From Pseudomonadota bacterium (GTDB taxonomy: Bacteria; Pseudomonadota; Gammaproteobacteria; Xanthomonadales; Rhodanobacteraceae): 64,000 nucleotides of DNA. A model generated the notes under the pieces. That model was given only the letters and a program-made list of their open reading frames with translations, did not search any database and was not told where the DNA came from. The position numbers were made by a program, and so were the translations under genes. Where the stretch lies: positions 15,006 through 79,005 of the forward strand of contig JAJYQO010000079.1 of NCBI GenBank assembly GCA_021794575.1. Reading direction: 5' to 3'. This document shows, one piece after another, positions 41,809 to 52,481 of this stretch (position 1 is its first letter; each line of letters begins with the position of its first letter).

Positions 41809-42288
41809 TCAGGCCGGCAGCGCGAAATCGTGCTGCGCGCGCAGCGTGTGCGGAGCATGTCCCTGCGCCGCCAGATACTCGAGCCAGCGGCTGAGGAAAC
41901 TGGCCATGCGCAGACGGTGACGCAGGATCAGTCGCGGCGGCGCGCGCAGATCCAGAACATCCCAGCGCCCGCGTCCCGGATGGCAGTGCAGCGCTTCGGC
42001 CAAATGCGCATCGGTGTACATGCGAATCTGCGCTTCCGGCGCGCGCCGTCCGGTATCCGGGTCGTTAAATGCGTAGGACAACTCCAGTTCCAGCGTATAG
42101 GCGTGATGCTCGCGCAGGTCCAGACGCACGTCGAGCGTGTCACCCACAGTGGACAGATACACGCCCGGCGCGCGGCGCTGCGGTGCAAACAGGCGCTCCA
42201 GGCGGTGGTAGCTCTCGGCTTGAAGTCCCATCAGCAAACCGAAACGGCCCGGTAGGAGCTTGATGATCTCGCGGGTTTCGAGGTGCAT
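41809..42288 (-). CDS. DUF1249 family protein
   Basis: LMGLQAESYHRLERLF, YTLELELSY, P.AQIRMY.DA..AE, FLSRWLEYL..QGH. Confidence 0.88.
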   Translation of the reverse strand: MHLETREIIKLLPGRFGLLMGLQAESYHRLERLFAPQRRAPGVYLSTVGDTLDVRLDLREHHAYTLELELSYAFNDPDTGRRAPEAQIRMYTDAHLAEALHCHPGRGRWDVLDLRAPPRLILRHRLRMASFLSRWLEYLAAQGHAPHTLRAQHDFALPA

Positions 42289-42349
42289 GATCCGAGCTTA
42301 GCAGCCTGTGCAACGCGGCCATGCCAGCGTCGCGCCGGGTGCGTCGCGC

Positions 42350-43165
42350 TTACAGCAGGTGCCGCTCGATACCCAACTGCGCCAGGATTTTGCTGCCGAT
42401 TTCCTCGATCGAGGTGTGCGTGGTGTTGAGCACCGGAACGCCCTCGCGCCGGAACAACTTGTCGGCTTGCGCCAGCTCCCAGCGGCATTGTTCGAGCGAG
42501 GCGTAGCGGCTGTCGGGACGGCGTTCGGTGCGAATCTGCGTCAGCCGATCCGGCGCGATGGTGAGCCCGAACAGGCGTTGTTTGTGCGCGCGCAGGCGTT
42601 GCGGCAGTTCGGCCAGTTCGAGATCGTCCGGCGTCAGCGGATAGTTGGCTGCGCGCAAACCGAAGTGCAGTGCCATGTACAGGCAGGTGGGCGTTTTGCC
42701 CGAGCGCGACACGCCGACCAGGACCAGATCGGCATCCTTGTAGCCTGGGTCCAATCCGTCATCGTGCGCCAACGCGTAATTGGTGGCATTGATGCGCGCC
42801 TCGTATTTCACGAAATCCACCAGACCATGCGCGCGGTTGACCAGCTTGTGCCGGTGCACACCCAGTTCGGCCTCGAGCGGGCCGATGAAGGGCGCGAACA
42901 CGTCCAGTAGCAGCGCGCCGGTGTCGGAGAGGATCTCGCTGAGCGTGGCATCCACTACGGTGTTGACCACGATCGGACGCAGCCCGCTACGTGCCCAAGC
43001 CGACTTGATGCGCGTGGCGGCGATGTGTGCTTTCTCGGCGTCATCCACGAACGGCAGGCGGTGGGTGTCGAAGCTGACCCCGTCGAACTGGGTGAGAATG
43101 CTGTGGCCGATGGTCTCGGCGGTGATGCCGGTGGAATCGGAGACGAAAAACACGGCGCGTTGCAT
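42350..43165 (-). CDS. ppsR: PEP synthase regulatory kinase/pyrophosphorylase
   Basis: [32 protein letters not shown]. Confidence 0.95.
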   Translation of the reverse strand: MQRAVFFVSDSTGITAETIGHSILTQFDGVSFDTHRLPFVDDAEKAHIAATRIKSAWARSGLRPIVVNTVVDATLSEILSDTGALLLDVFAPFIGPLEAELGVHRHKLVNRAHGLVDFVKYEARINATNYALAHDDGLDPGYKDADLVLVGVSRSGKTPTCLYMALHFGLRAANYPLTPDDLELAELPQRLRAHKQRLFGLTIAPDRLTQIRTERRPDSRYASLEQCRWELAQADKLFRREGVPVLNTTHTSIEEIGSKILAQLGIERHLL

Positions 43166-43343
43166 GGCTGCTCTCGCGTGGGTCCGCGCAGTGTAGCCAG
43201 CGCCGTGCCTCGGACCACTGTCCGGCCGCACCACGGCGGTAATCGTTTGCAGGCGTATCCGCCACCGGGCAGCGCCAGTCAAACGGTTGTTTCAATCCGG
43301 TGCGGGCCGGAAAATAGCCGACTAACCCTTGCGGAGCGCCGTC

Positions 43344-45707
43344 TTGAATTCACCCGTGCTGTGGCTGCATGAGATCGGCCTCGCCGACCACGACCAGGTC
43401 GGCGGCAAGAATTCCTCCCTGGGCGAGATGATCCGCGAGCTTGCCGCCGCGCAGGTTTCGGTGCCGGACGGCTACGCCACCACCGCGCACGCCTTCGAGC
43501 AGTTCCTGGCACAGGATGGCTTGCACCAACGCATCGGCGTGCGGCTGCGCGGACTGGATGTGGAGGACACTGCGGCGCTGGCCGCTGCCGGCGCCGAGAT
43601 CCGCGCCTGGATCATGGCTACGCCACTGCCGGCTGAACTGGAATCGGCGATCCGCGCGTACTACCGGACGCTCAGTGCGGACAGCGGCCAGCAGGCTGCC
43701 GCGGTAGCGGTGCGCTCCTCGGCCACCGCCGAAGATCTCCCCGATGCCTCGTTCGCGGGTCAGCAGGAAACCTTCCTCAACGTGATCGGCGCGGACGCCG
43801 TGGTCGAGAAAGTGCATGAAGTGTTCGCGTCGCTGTTCAACGACCGCGCCATTTCCTACCGCACTCATCACGGCTTCGATCACGGCAAGGTGCATCTGTC
43901 GGCCGGCGTGCAGCTGATGGTGCGCTCGGACCTGGCTACCTCGGGCGTGATGTTCACGCTGGACACCGAATCGGGCTTCCGCGACGTGGTGTTCGTCACC
44001 GCCAGCTACGGCCTGGGCGAGATGGTCGTGCAAGGCGCGGTCAATCCCGATGAGTACTACCTGCACAAGCCCACGCTGCGCGCCGGCCGGCCGGCGCAAC
44101 TGCGTCGCCAGTTGGGCAGCAAGCAGCAGCGCATGGTGTTCTCCGACGTACCTGGCGAACGCGTGCGCGTCGAGCCCACGCCCGAGGCGCTGCGCCGGCA
44201 GTTCTGCTTGAGCGCGGCGGACCTGACCGAACTGGGCCGCCTGGCGCTGGCCATCGAAGCGCACTACGACCGGCCGATGGACATCGAGTGGGGCAAGGAC
44301 GGCAACACCGGCCGCATCTATATCCTGCAGGCGCGCCCGGAAACGGTGCGCTCGCGCAGTACCATCGTCGAGCGGTACACGCTGGCGCGACGCGGCGAGG
44401 TGCTTGCCGAAGGGCGCGCCATCGGCCAGAAGATCGGCGCCGGGCAGGCGCGAGTGGTGGCCTCGGTGGCCGACATCCGGCGCGTGCAGCCGGGCGATGT
44501 GCTGGTGACGGACATGACCGACCCCGATTGGGAACCGATCATGAAAAAAGCCGCTGCCATCGTCACCAACCGCGGCGGACGCACCTGCCATGCCGCCATC
44601 ATCGCGCGCGAACTGGGCATCCCCGCCGTGGTCGGCTGCGGCGATGCCACGCGCCGTGTACGCGACGGTGCCGATGTCACTGTCTCCTGCGCCGAAGGCG
44701 ATACCGGGTTCATCTACGAGGGTCTGCTGCCGTTCGAACGCAACGAGGCGGATCTGGGCACGATGCCGCCGGCGCCGCTGAAGATCATGATGAACGTGGC
44801 CAACCCCGAACGCGCCTTCGACTTCGCCATGCTGCCCAATGCCGGCGTCGGCCTGGCGCGGCTGGAGATGATCATCGCCAGCCACATCGGCGTGCATCCC
44901 AGGGCTCTGCTGGAGTACGACCGCCAGGATGCGGACACCAAGGCGAGTATCGATGCGCGCATGGCCGGCTACGCCAGCCCGGTGGATTTCTACGTCGATC
45001 GCCTGGCCGAAGGCATCGCTACCATCGCCGCCGCGTTCGCGCCCAATCCGGTGATCGTGCGGCTCAGCGATTTCAAATCCAACGAATATGCCAACCTGAT
45101 CGGCGGCAGCGCGTACGAGCCGCGCGAAGAAAACCCGATGATCGGCTTCCGTGGCGCCAGCCGCTATGTCGATCCTGCATTCCGCGACGCCTTCGCGCTG
45201 GAGTGCCGGGCGATGCGCAAAGTGCGCGAGGCGATGGGCCTGGCCAACGCTTGGGTGATGATCCCGTTCGTGCGCACGCTGGACGAGGGTCGCAAGGTGA
45301 TCGAAGTGCTGGCCGGGAACGGCCTGGTGCGCGGCAAGGACGGCCTCAAGGTCATCATGATGTGCGAGGTGCCCTCCAACGCCCTTCTCGCCGACGAATT
45401 CCTGGAGATCTTCGACGGCTTCTCGATCGGCTCCAACGATCTCACCCAGTTGACCCTGGGTCTGGACCGCGACTCGGCCATCGTGGCCGGCCTGTTTGAC
45501 GAACGCGACGCGGCGGTCAAGAAACTGCTGGCCATGGCCATCGCCGCCGCGCGCGCCAAAGGCAAGTACGTCGGCATCTGCGGACAGGGTCCATCGGACC
45601 ACCCCGACCTGGCCGACTGGCTGATGGATCAGGGCATCGAATCGATGTCACTCAATCCCGACACGGTGGTCGATACCTGGTTGCGGCTGGCGCGACGCGG
45701 GCGCTGA
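43344..45707 (+). CDS. ppsA: Phosphoenolpyruvate synthase
   Basis: [34 protein letters not shown] (phospho-His), ICGQGPSD; TTG start. Confidence 0.98.
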   Translation: MNSPVLWLHEIGLADHDQVGGKNSSLGEMIRELAAAQVSVPDGYATTAHAFEQFLAQDGLHQRIGVRLRGLDVEDTAALAAAGAEIRAWIMATPLPAELESAIRAYYRTLSADSGQQAAAVAVRSSATAEDLPDASFAGQQETFLNVIGADAVVEKVHEVFASLFNDRAISYRTHHGFDHGKVHLSAGVQLMVRSDLATSGVMFTLDTESGFRDVVFVTASYGLGEMVVQGAVNPDEYYLHKPTLRAGRPAQLRRQLGSKQQRMVFSDVPGERVRVEPTPEALRRQFCLSAADLTELGRLALAIEAHYDRPMDIEWGKDGNTGRIYILQARPETVRSRSTIVERYTLARRGEVLAEGRAIGQKIGAGQARVVASVADIRRVQPGDVLVTDMTDPDWEPIMKKAAAIVTNRGGRTCHAAIIARELGIPAVVGCGDATRRVRDGADVTVSCAEGDTGFIYEGLLPFERNEADLGTMPPAPLKIMMNVANPERAFDFAMLPNAGVGLARLEMIIASHIGVHPRALLEYDRQDADTKASIDARMAGYASPVDFYVDRLAEGIATIAAAFAPNPVIVRLSDFKSNEYANLIGGSAYEPREENPMIGFRGASRYVDPAFRDAFALECRAMRKVREAMGLANAWVMIPFVRTLDEGRKVIEVLAGNGLVRGKDGLKVIMMCEVPSNALLADEFLEIFDGFSIGSNDLTQLTLGLDRDSAIVAGLFDERDAAVKKLLAMAIAAARAKGKYVGICGQGPSDHPDLADWLMDQGIESMSLNPDTVVDTWLRLARRGR

Positions 45708-45712
45708 CCGGA

Positions 45713-46363
45713 TCAGCCCGCGCGCCGCGCCGCACCTGGCGCGGTCAGGCCATAGCTGTAGACCGTGGCCGGCGGCATGTTGCGCCAGGCCATGCCGCAG
45801 CGCCGCGAGGCCAGGCCCAGCCGCGCCCCGAGCGCGCGCGGCACCGGACTCAACGGCCCGTAGGTGAACTGGATCAGGCGTCCGTCCGCCCGCAGCAGTT
45901 GGACGCTGGATTCGATCACGCGCGCCACCACCGCACGCGGCATCGACAGCAGCCCTAGGCCGCTGACGATGGCACCGACCGATCCCGGCGCGATGCCGCG
46001 CCGCGCGGTCAACTCGAGCAGACGGCAGGCATCTGCGCATTCGATCTGCACGTGCGGGAAGCGCCTGCGCAGGATGCCATGCAGCCCGCGGTTGAGTTCG
46101 ACCACCAGCAGGCGCTCCGGCGCGACGCCCGCCGCCAGTAGCGCCTCGGTGAACACGCCGGTGCCCGCACCCAGTTCGATCACTGGGTACGCGGCATGAC
46201 GCACGCCCTCCGGCAATTGCGCCATCATCATCGTAGCCAGTTGCGCCCCCGAGGGCGACATCGCCGCAGTGCGCAGCGGATCGCTGATCCACGCGCGCAA
46301 AAACGCGCGCCATTGCGCTGCAGTACCGGCGTCGCGGACAGGGGCGCTGGGGAAGCTCGGCAT
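45713..46363 (-). CDS. Class I SAM methyltransferase, phospholipid N-methyltransferase (COG3963/PmtA)-like
   Basis: PLRTAAMSPSG..LA, VIELGAGTGVFT, IVSGLGLL, IQFTYG, N.PPA.VY. Confidence 0.85.
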   Translation of the reverse strand: MPSFPSAPVRDAGTAAQWRAFLRAWISDPLRTAAMSPSGAQLATMMMAQLPEGVRHAAYPVIELGAGTGVFTEALLAAGVAPERLLVVELNRGLHGILRRRFPHVQIECADACRLLELTARRGIAPGSVGAIVSGLGLLSMPRAVVARVIESSVQLLRADGRLIQFTYGPLSPVPRALGARLGLASRRCGMAWRNMPPATVYSYGLTAPGAARRAG

Positions 46364-46547
46364 TAGGAAATTTTCCCGTGTGGACACTGGCACGATGCAC
46401 CCTATCCTGCCTGCATTGGCCGCCGATAGCGAGTGACATTTGTTTACATATGAATATCTTGGATCAGCAACTTCGCTGCCGCGCTAGGTCTATCGTGAGG
46501 TCGCTCCGCGGTCCGATCCGCGGACGCATGCAGAAAGGGGATCGATC

Positions 46548-47003
46548 ATGAAGTCCGGCCAATCACGCCGTGCAGGGCGCGCCGCCATCGCGACGCTGCT
46601 GGTTTTCGCGCTGGGTGCGGCGCACGCACAACAAGATTTGGTCGCGCAGGGCGCCGGACCAGCCATCTCGACCAGCGCGACCACCGCGGCTGCGGCACCC
46701 ATCCAGCCCGAGTCGCAATGCCTGGATCCGACCCGGATCCTGCGCTGGAAACGGCTCGACGCGCACACGGTCGCGGTGCTAGCCCGCAACGACCGGTACT
46801 TCGAATTGCGCTTCGCCGCCGATTGCAGCGCCGACCGCAACAAACCCAGTGCCTGGCAGATGTCCAGCCAGGCGCCGGCGCGACTGTGCGGCTACGCAGG
46901 TGAGACCGCCATCAGCGCGCAGGGCGACATGTGCGGCATCGCCTCGATGAAGCGCCTGGACAAGACCCAGTACGAGACCCTGCTCGGCACCGGCAAGGAC
47001 TGA
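46548..47003 (+). CDS. Secreted 4-Cys protein (DUF6491-like)
   Basis: Signal peptide; CLDP..I..W..LD...V, C, RLC, CGI pattern. Confidence 0.6.
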   Translation: MKSGQSRRAGRAAIATLLVFALGAAHAQQDLVAQGAGPAISTSATTAAAAPIQPESQCLDPTRILRWKRLDAHTVAVLARNDRYFELRFAADCSADRNKPSAWQMSSQAPARLCGYAGETAISAQGDMCGIASMKRLDKTQYETLLGTGKD

Positions 47004-47058
47004 TCGACACACGCGACGGCCGCTTGCTGAGCCGGCGTCAGCGCGGCAGTCTGCGCAC

Positions 47059-47766
47059 ATGTCGATGCCGGACTGGGAACCGCTGGGCGAAAGCGCGCTG
47101 CTGCTGCGCTGGGGCCAGCGCATCGACGCCGCACTCAACGCGCACGTGCATGCTGCGGCGGCAGCCATCAGCAACGCGGCTCTGCCGGCGATCGAGGACA
47201 TCGTGCCGGCCTATGCCAGCCTGCTGCTGCGTTTCGACGCGCGCCACTGGAGCCGGGACGGCGCCTGCGACGCACACACGGCGTTGCGCACGTGCATCGA
47301 GCCCTTGCTGCCGACGGCGGCGCCTGATGTGCAGAGCGCGCGCACATTGCGGATTCCCGTGGCCTACGGTGGCGACAGCGGGCCGGACCTCGACGCGCTG
47401 GCACGGACATGCGGGATGGACGCGCAGACGTTCGTGTCACGCCACACCGCACCGCTGTACCGGGTGGCCATGCTGGGTTTCGCGCCGGGGTTTCCGTATC
47501 TGCTCGGCCTGGATGCCGCGTTGTACGCGCCGCGCCGCGCCAGCCCGCGCGTGCGCGTGCCAGCAGGCAGCGTCGCCATCGGCGGCGCGCAAACCGGCAT
47601 CTACCCCAGCGAACTGCCCGGCGGCTGGCAGTTGATCGGACGCACGCCGCTGCGCCTGTTCGACCCTACGCGCACGCCACCGTGCCTGCTGCGCGCGGGC
47701 GATCGCGTGCGCTTCGTGGCGGTACCGGCGGAGGCGCCGGCGCATACCGATCGGGGCGCTGCATGA
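47059..47766 (+). CDS. pxpB: 5-oxoprolinase subunit B
   Basis: DIVPAYASL, IPVAYGG..GPDL, GFAPGFPYL, QTGIYP...PGGWQLIGRT. Confidence 0.93.
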   Translation: MSMPDWEPLGESALLLRWGQRIDAALNAHVHAAAAAISNAALPAIEDIVPAYASLLLRFDARHWSRDGACDAHTALRTCIEPLLPTAAPDVQSARTLRIPVAYGGDSGPDLDALARTCGMDAQTFVSRHTAPLYRVAMLGFAPGFPYLLGLDAALYAPRRASPRVRVPAGSVAIGGAQTGIYPSELPGGWQLIGRTPLRLFDPTRTPPCLLRAGDRVRFVAVPAEAPAHTDRGAA

Positions 47767-48728
47767 GCGTTTCGGTACTCGCGCCGGGCCTCTCCAGCAG
47801 CGTGCAGGACTTGGGGCGCTGCGGTCACGCTGCGCTGGGCGTGGGCCGGGCCGGGGCACTGGATGGCGACGCGCTGCGTCTGGCCAATGCGCTGGTCGGC
47901 AACCTGCCCGGGGCGGCCGGCATCGAGATCACCCTGACCGGGCCGCGCCTGCGCTTCGATGCGCCTGTCGCGTTCGCGCTGTGCGGCGCTGATTTCGAAG
48001 CGCGCCTGGACGGCGCCATCGTGGCCAGCTGGCGCAGCCACGACGCGCCGGCCGGCAGCCTGCTGGAGCTAGGCCACGCACGCAACGGCTGCCGCGCCTG
48101 GCTGGCGCTGGGTGGCGGCATCGCGCTGCCGCGCATACTGGACAGCTGCGCCACCGATCTCAATGCTGCGTTGGGGCCGCTGCCCCGCGTGCTGCGCACC
48201 GGCGATGTGCTGCCGCTCGGCGCCCTGCACGATCCGCCGCGCGCGCACCGTCGGCGCTGGTCGCTGGACCCGCGCCCGTGGTTCGCCGGTGCCGATGTCG
48301 CGCCACTGCGCGTGTTGCCGGGCCGCGATCATGCGCGGCTGGACGCGGCCTCGCGCAGCGCGTTCCATACCTTGCCGTTCCGGGCGACTGCCACTAGCAA
48401 TCGCGTCGGCGTGCGTCTGGACGGCACGCCGCTACGACTCGAGCAGGCATTCGAATGCGTCTCCGAGCCGCTGGTGCCGGGCGTCGTGCAGCTTCCGCCC
48501 AGCGGGCAGCCCATCATCCTGCTCGGCGAACACCCGGTCAGCGGCGGCTATCCGCTCATCGGCCAGGTGGCGGCGGTGGACCTTCCGCGCCTGGCGCAGG
48601 TGCGCCCGGGCACTGCGTTACGCTTCGCACCCATCGACGCAGCGACCGCCGCCGCACTACTGCACGCGCGCCGCCGGGCGCGCGATCAACTGGAGGCGCA
48701 GATCCGCGCGCGCCTGGAGCAGGTATGA
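47763..48728 (+). CDS. pxpC: 5-oxoprolinase subunit C
   Basis: VQDLGR, AN.LVGN, IEITLTGP, SNRVGVRL, GVVQLPPSGQPIIL..HPVSGGYP. Confidence 0.93.
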   Translation: MSVSVLAPGLSSSVQDLGRCGHAALGVGRAGALDGDALRLANALVGNLPGAAGIEITLTGPRLRFDAPVAFALCGADFEARLDGAIVASWRSHDAPAGSLLELGHARNGCRAWLALGGGIALPRILDSCATDLNAALGPLPRVLRTGDVLPLGALHDPPRAHRRRWSLDPRPWFAGADVAPLRVLPGRDHARLDAASRSAFHTLPFRATATSNRVGVRLDGTPLRLEQAFECVSEPLVPGVVQLPPSGQPIILLGEHPVSGGYPLIGQVAAVDLPRLAQVRPGTALRFAPIDAATAAALLHARRRARDQLEAQIRARLEQV

Positions 48729-49480
48729 AACGCATCGATTTCAACTGCGACATGGGTGAATCCTTCGGCGTCTGGCACATGGGCCAGGACGCCGAAGTCA
48801 TGCCCTGGATCAGCTCGGCCAGCATCGCCTGCGGCATGCATGCCGGTGATCCGGCCACCATGCAGGCCACCGTGGCGCTGGCCCGGCGTCATCGCGTGGC
48901 CATCGGCGCGCACGTGTCGCTGCCGGACCTGCAGGGCTTCGGACGCCGCGCGATGGCGATCACGCCGGCGGACCTGCACGCGCTGGTGATCTACCAGATC
49001 GGCGCGCTGGACGGATTCGCACGCGCGGCCGGCATCTGTCTGCGGCACGTCAAGGCGCATGGCGCGCTATACCACCAGGCCAACGCGGACCCCGCCCTGG
49101 CCGAGGCCTTTGCCGGCGCCACGCACGCCGTGGACCCGGCACTGCGCGTAGTGACCCAGCCGGACGGCGCGCTGCAGCGCGCCGCGGCCGCGCACGGGCT
49201 GTCCGTACTGCGCGAAGCCTTCGTCGATCGCGGTTACGGCGCCGATGGCCGCCTGCTGGCGCGCGGCACGCCCGGCGCGCTACTGACCCCGCCGCAGGCG
49301 GCCGCGCAGGCGCTGGCGCTGGCCACCCGGGGCGCGGTCATCGCGCTCAACGGCGCCACAGTGCCGGTATCAGTCGACACCTTGTGCATGCACGGCGATC
49401 GCGACGATGCCGCGACACTGGCGCAGGCCATCCACGCAGTGTTGGTCGGCGCCAACATTGCCATCTCGGCATCGCCATGA
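48725..49480 (+). CDS. pxpA: 5-oxoprolinase subunit A (LamB/YcsF)
   Basis: IDFNCDMGES, IACGMHAGDP, HVKAHGALY, TLCMHGD. Confidence 0.95.
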   Translation: MKRIDFNCDMGESFGVWHMGQDAEVMPWISSASIACGMHAGDPATMQATVALARRHRVAIGAHVSLPDLQGFGRRAMAITPADLHALVIYQIGALDGFARAAGICLRHVKAHGALYHQANADPALAEAFAGATHAVDPALRVVTQPDGALQRAAAAHGLSVLREAFVDRGYGADGRLLARGTPGALLTPPQAAAQALALATRGAVIALNGATVPVSVDTLCMHGDRDDAATLAQAIHAVLVGANIAISASP

Positions 49481-50193
49481 ACGCCTGGCCGCTGTTGGGC
49501 GTGGCGCTGGTGGTGCTGGGTTTTGCGCGACGCTGGAACCCGGTGCCGGTAGTGGTGGCGGCCGGCGTACTCAGTGGATTGCTGGCGGGCTATTCGTTCG
49601 CGCAGATTCTGGCGCTGCTAGGCGACAGCTTCGTGTCCAACCGCGCGCTGCTGCTATACGTGTTGACGCTGCCGGCGATCGGCCTGCTCGAGCGTGCCGG
49701 GCTACGCGAGCATGCGCAGCGCTGGATCGGGCGTTTGCACGGACTCACTTTGTCGCGGTTGCTGATCGGCTATCTCGGGCTGCGCCAGATCATGTCGATG
49801 CTGGGACTGACCAACGTCGCCGGCCAGGCGCAAACCGTGCGCCCGCTGCTGGCGCCGATGGCCGAGGCCGCCGCCCTGCGCGAAACGGCGGACGCCGATG
49901 CGGCCATCGCTGCGCAAACCCGCGAGCAGGTGCGCGCGCTCGCCGCGGCCACCGACAACATCGGCTTGTTCTTCGGCGAAGACGTGTTCATCGCGCTTGG
50001 CGCGGTGCTGCTGATCCACGGGTTTTACGTCGGCCAGGGAATCGACTTGCAACCGTTACATATCGCGCTGTGGGCCTTGCCGACAGCGATCGCGGCTTTT
50101 GTCATCCACGCCGTGCGCGTGCATTTCGTCACGCGCACCGCGCTGCGCGACGCACGCACCGCCCAGGCTGGCGACGACCATGCTGCATCTTGA
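49477..50193 (+). CDS. DUF969 membrane protein (putative pyroglutamate permease subunit)
   Basis: QTVRPLLAPMAEAA, ATDNIGLFFGEDVF, ALWALPTAI. Confidence 0.9.
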   Translation: MNAWPLLGVALVVLGFARRWNPVPVVVAAGVLSGLLAGYSFAQILALLGDSFVSNRALLLYVLTLPAIGLLERAGLREHAQRWIGRLHGLTLSRLLIGYLGLRQIMSMLGLTNVAGQAQTVRPLLAPMAEAAALRETADADAAIAAQTREQVRALAAATDNIGLFFGEDVFIALGAVLLIHGFYVGQGIDLQPLHIALWALPTAIAAFVIHAVRVHFVTRTALRDARTAQAGDDHAAS

Positions 50194-51145
50194 GTGGGCT
50201 TACGCGGCGCTGGCGCTGCTGCTGCTGGGCACCGCGTGGCTGAATCTGCGTCAGCGCCACTGGGCGCAGGCCGCGTTCTGGGCGGTGATCGCGATCTTGT
50301 TCGCCTGCGGCAATTGGGTATTGCGCGCGCAGCAGGCAGGCGATGCAAAACCCGCGCAGATTGCCGGCATCGGCGTGCTGGCACTGGCGCTGCTAGCTCC
50401 GGCAATGCGTCGTGTCGATGCCGCCGAGGCACCGCCGCGATTGCGCCAACTGCGCGCCGGCGTGCTGAAACACTGGCTGTTCATGCCGGCGCTGCTGATT
50501 CCCGGCGTCACCCTGCTGATCGCGCTGTTCGGTGCCGACTTGCGCTGGCACGGCGCGACGCTGTTCGTGGCCTCGCAGCAGACCTTGATGGGGCTGGGCG
50601 TGGCCTCGCTGATCGCACTACTCGCCGCATGGCGACTCACCCGCGCGCCCGCCAGCGCCGTGCTGCATGAAAGCCGGCGCCTGATCGACACGCTGGGCTG
50701 GGCGGCGTTGCTGCCGCTGGTGCTGGCCGCACTTGGCAGCGTGTTCGAGGCGGCCGGCGTGGGGCGCGTGCTGGCAACACTGGTGGGCGATGTCATTCCT
50801 ACCGCCAACTTCGCTGCCTGCGTGCTGGCCTACGGCCTGGGCATGGTGGTGTTCACGCTGATCATGGGCAATGCCTTTGCCGCGTTTCCAGTGTTGACCG
50901 CGGGCGTCGGCCTGCCGCTGCTGGTACGCCTGCACGGCGCCGACCCGGCCGTGGTCGGGTCGCTGGGCATGCTTTGCGGCTATTGCGGAACCCTGCTGAC
51001 ACCGATGGCGGCCAACTTCAATATCGTGCCAGTAGCGCTGTTGGAGCTGAAAAGCCCGTGGTCGGTGATCCGCGCGCAGTGGCCCACCGCGCTGCCTTTG
51101 CTGCTGTTCAATCTGTTCGCGCTGTACTTGCTGGCGATGCGCTGA
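50180..51145 (+). CDS. DUF979 membrane protein (putative pyroglutamate permease subunit)
   Basis: FTLIMGNAFAAFPV, G.CGTLLTPMAANFNIVP.ALLEL. Confidence 0.9.
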   Translation: MLHLEWAYAALALLLLGTAWLNLRQRHWAQAAFWAVIAILFACGNWVLRAQQAGDAKPAQIAGIGVLALALLAPAMRRVDAAEAPPRLRQLRAGVLKHWLFMPALLIPGVTLLIALFGADLRWHGATLFVASQQTLMGLGVASLIALLAAWRLTRAPASAVLHESRRLIDTLGWAALLPLVLAALGSVFEAAGVGRVLATLVGDVIPTANFAACVLAYGLGMVVFTLIMGNAFAAFPVLTAGVGLPLLVRLHGADPAVVGSLGMLCGYCGTLLTPMAANFNIVPVALLELKSPWSVIRAQWPTALPLLLFNLFALYLLAMR

Positions 51146-51204
51146 GCGCGGCATGCGACACTCGCCGCGCTACCATCCCCAGTTTCTCCGTGCACGATGA
51201 CACC

Positions 51205-51834
51205 ATGCCCAAACCCCTGTCCCGCGTATTGCTGACGGGCTTCGACGCCTTCGGTGGCGAGTCCATCAATCCCTCTTGGGAAGCCGTGAGCGCTCTGCAC
51301 GGCGCGCGCATCGCCGGACATCGCGTGATCACGCGGCAATTGCCGACTTCGTTCGCGCGCGCGCCGCGCGTATTGTGCGCCGCGCTGCGCGAACTCGATC
51401 CAGCCGCCGTAATCTGCGTGGGCCAGGCCGGCGGCCGTGCGCAAATTTCCCTGGAGCGTGTGGCCATCAATGTGTGCGATGCACGCATCGCCGACAATGA
51501 CGGCGCCTGGCCACGCGAGCAGCCCGTGATCGCGGACGGCCCGGATGCCTACTTCAGCCGTCTGCCGCTGCAGGCCTGCCTGTCCGCGCTGCACGCCGCA
51601 GCGATTCCCGCCGAGATCTCCAACAGCGCCGGCACCTACGTGTGTAACAAGGTGATGTACGTGCTGCTGCATGCGCTGCGCGCGCGTCGCGCGCTGCATG
51701 CTGGGTTCGTGCACATTCCCTTCGTCCCCGCGCAGGTGCTGGAGCGCCACGGCACACCCAGCCTGGCGCTGGAGCACAGCGTGGCGGCGCTGCGCGTGAT
51801 CGTCGCCGCCACGCTCGATCCGTCAGCCGCGTAG
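51205..51834 (+). CDS. pcp: Pyroglutamyl-peptidase I
   Basis: VLLTGFDAFGGESINPSWE, ERVAIN, S.SAGTYVCN (catalytic Cys), GFVHIP. Confidence 0.96.
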   Translation: MPKPLSRVLLTGFDAFGGESINPSWEAVSALHGARIAGHRVITRQLPTSFARAPRVLCAALRELDPAAVICVGQAGGRAQISLERVAINVCDARIADNDGAWPREQPVIADGPDAYFSRLPLQACLSALHAAAIPAEISNSAGTYVCNKVMYVLLHALRARRALHAGFVHIPFVPAQVLERHGTPSLALEHSVAALRVIVAATLDPSAA

Positions 51835-51921
51835 CGCAGCTCGCGCGCCCCGCGGCGCAAGCACCACTGATGCTTTGGCCGTCACGGTCATACAGCCGGT
51901 GTCGAGCTTGCCTCAGGTCTC

Positions 51922-52302
51922 TCATTCGGAAGTATTGGACTTGCTGCCTTTGACCGTGACTGCGATCGCTGCCGCCTCATCCTCGGGTCGTGTCAAAAGG
52001 ACAATTCCCGTCTCCTTCATGGTCCTGTCGCGAGGCAGGATGATTACTTTCTTGACCTGGTCGCCCGCGATGCCAAAGCGCCTGAAATTGGCAGGCAGCC
52101 ACTGCTTTAACTGCGCCGCATCGGCGGGACCCAGTTTGTCCAACTCTGCGAGCATCGCCTGCACTTGAACCGGACTGGCGAGTTCGCCGGAATAGGTCAG
52201 TCGATAGATGTTGCTCTTGGAGAGGTTGAGGTTTGACGCAGCCACCGCGATCGTTGCGAAAAGCAAGGATGCGACCACACACGATGTGTATCGTGCTTTC
52301 AT
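51922..52302 (-). CDS. Small secreted hypothetical protein
   Basis: GAGG RBS, signal peptide MKARYTSCVVASLLFATIAVAA, 126 aa; codon usage visibly less GC-rich than its neighbours. Confidence 0.65.
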   Translation of the reverse strand: MKARYTSCVVASLLFATIAVAASNLNLSKSNIYRLTYSGELASPVQVQAMLAELDKLGPADAAQLKQWLPANFRRFGIAGDQVKKVIILPRDRTMKETGIVLLTRPEDEAAAIAVTVKGSKSNTSE

Positions 52303-52481
52303 TTCGAGTTCCTCATTCCGCCGACACATATCGGCAAACGCTTCGGTTCGGCGGCGGCGCGGAGCGCCGCGCATGACGTGTCTTGCCGGGCGGTCCGAAT
52401 GGAACGTCCTGCTCTGCATGGAACCCGGGATCGCGCAGCGGATCGCCAAAAAGACGACCCGCTGCGCTTTGGCGGACCTGG

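Noticed and set aside
43350-45602. 750-aa minus-strand ORF (and 25287-27623 opposite rpsA, plus many others)
   Set aside because: Antisense or alternate-frame shadows of ppsA, rpsA and other genes; no domain motifs
46432-46448. CRP/Clp box (AGTGA...TTACA)
   Set aside because: Half-sites are separated by 7 nt rather than 6, and both are mismatched
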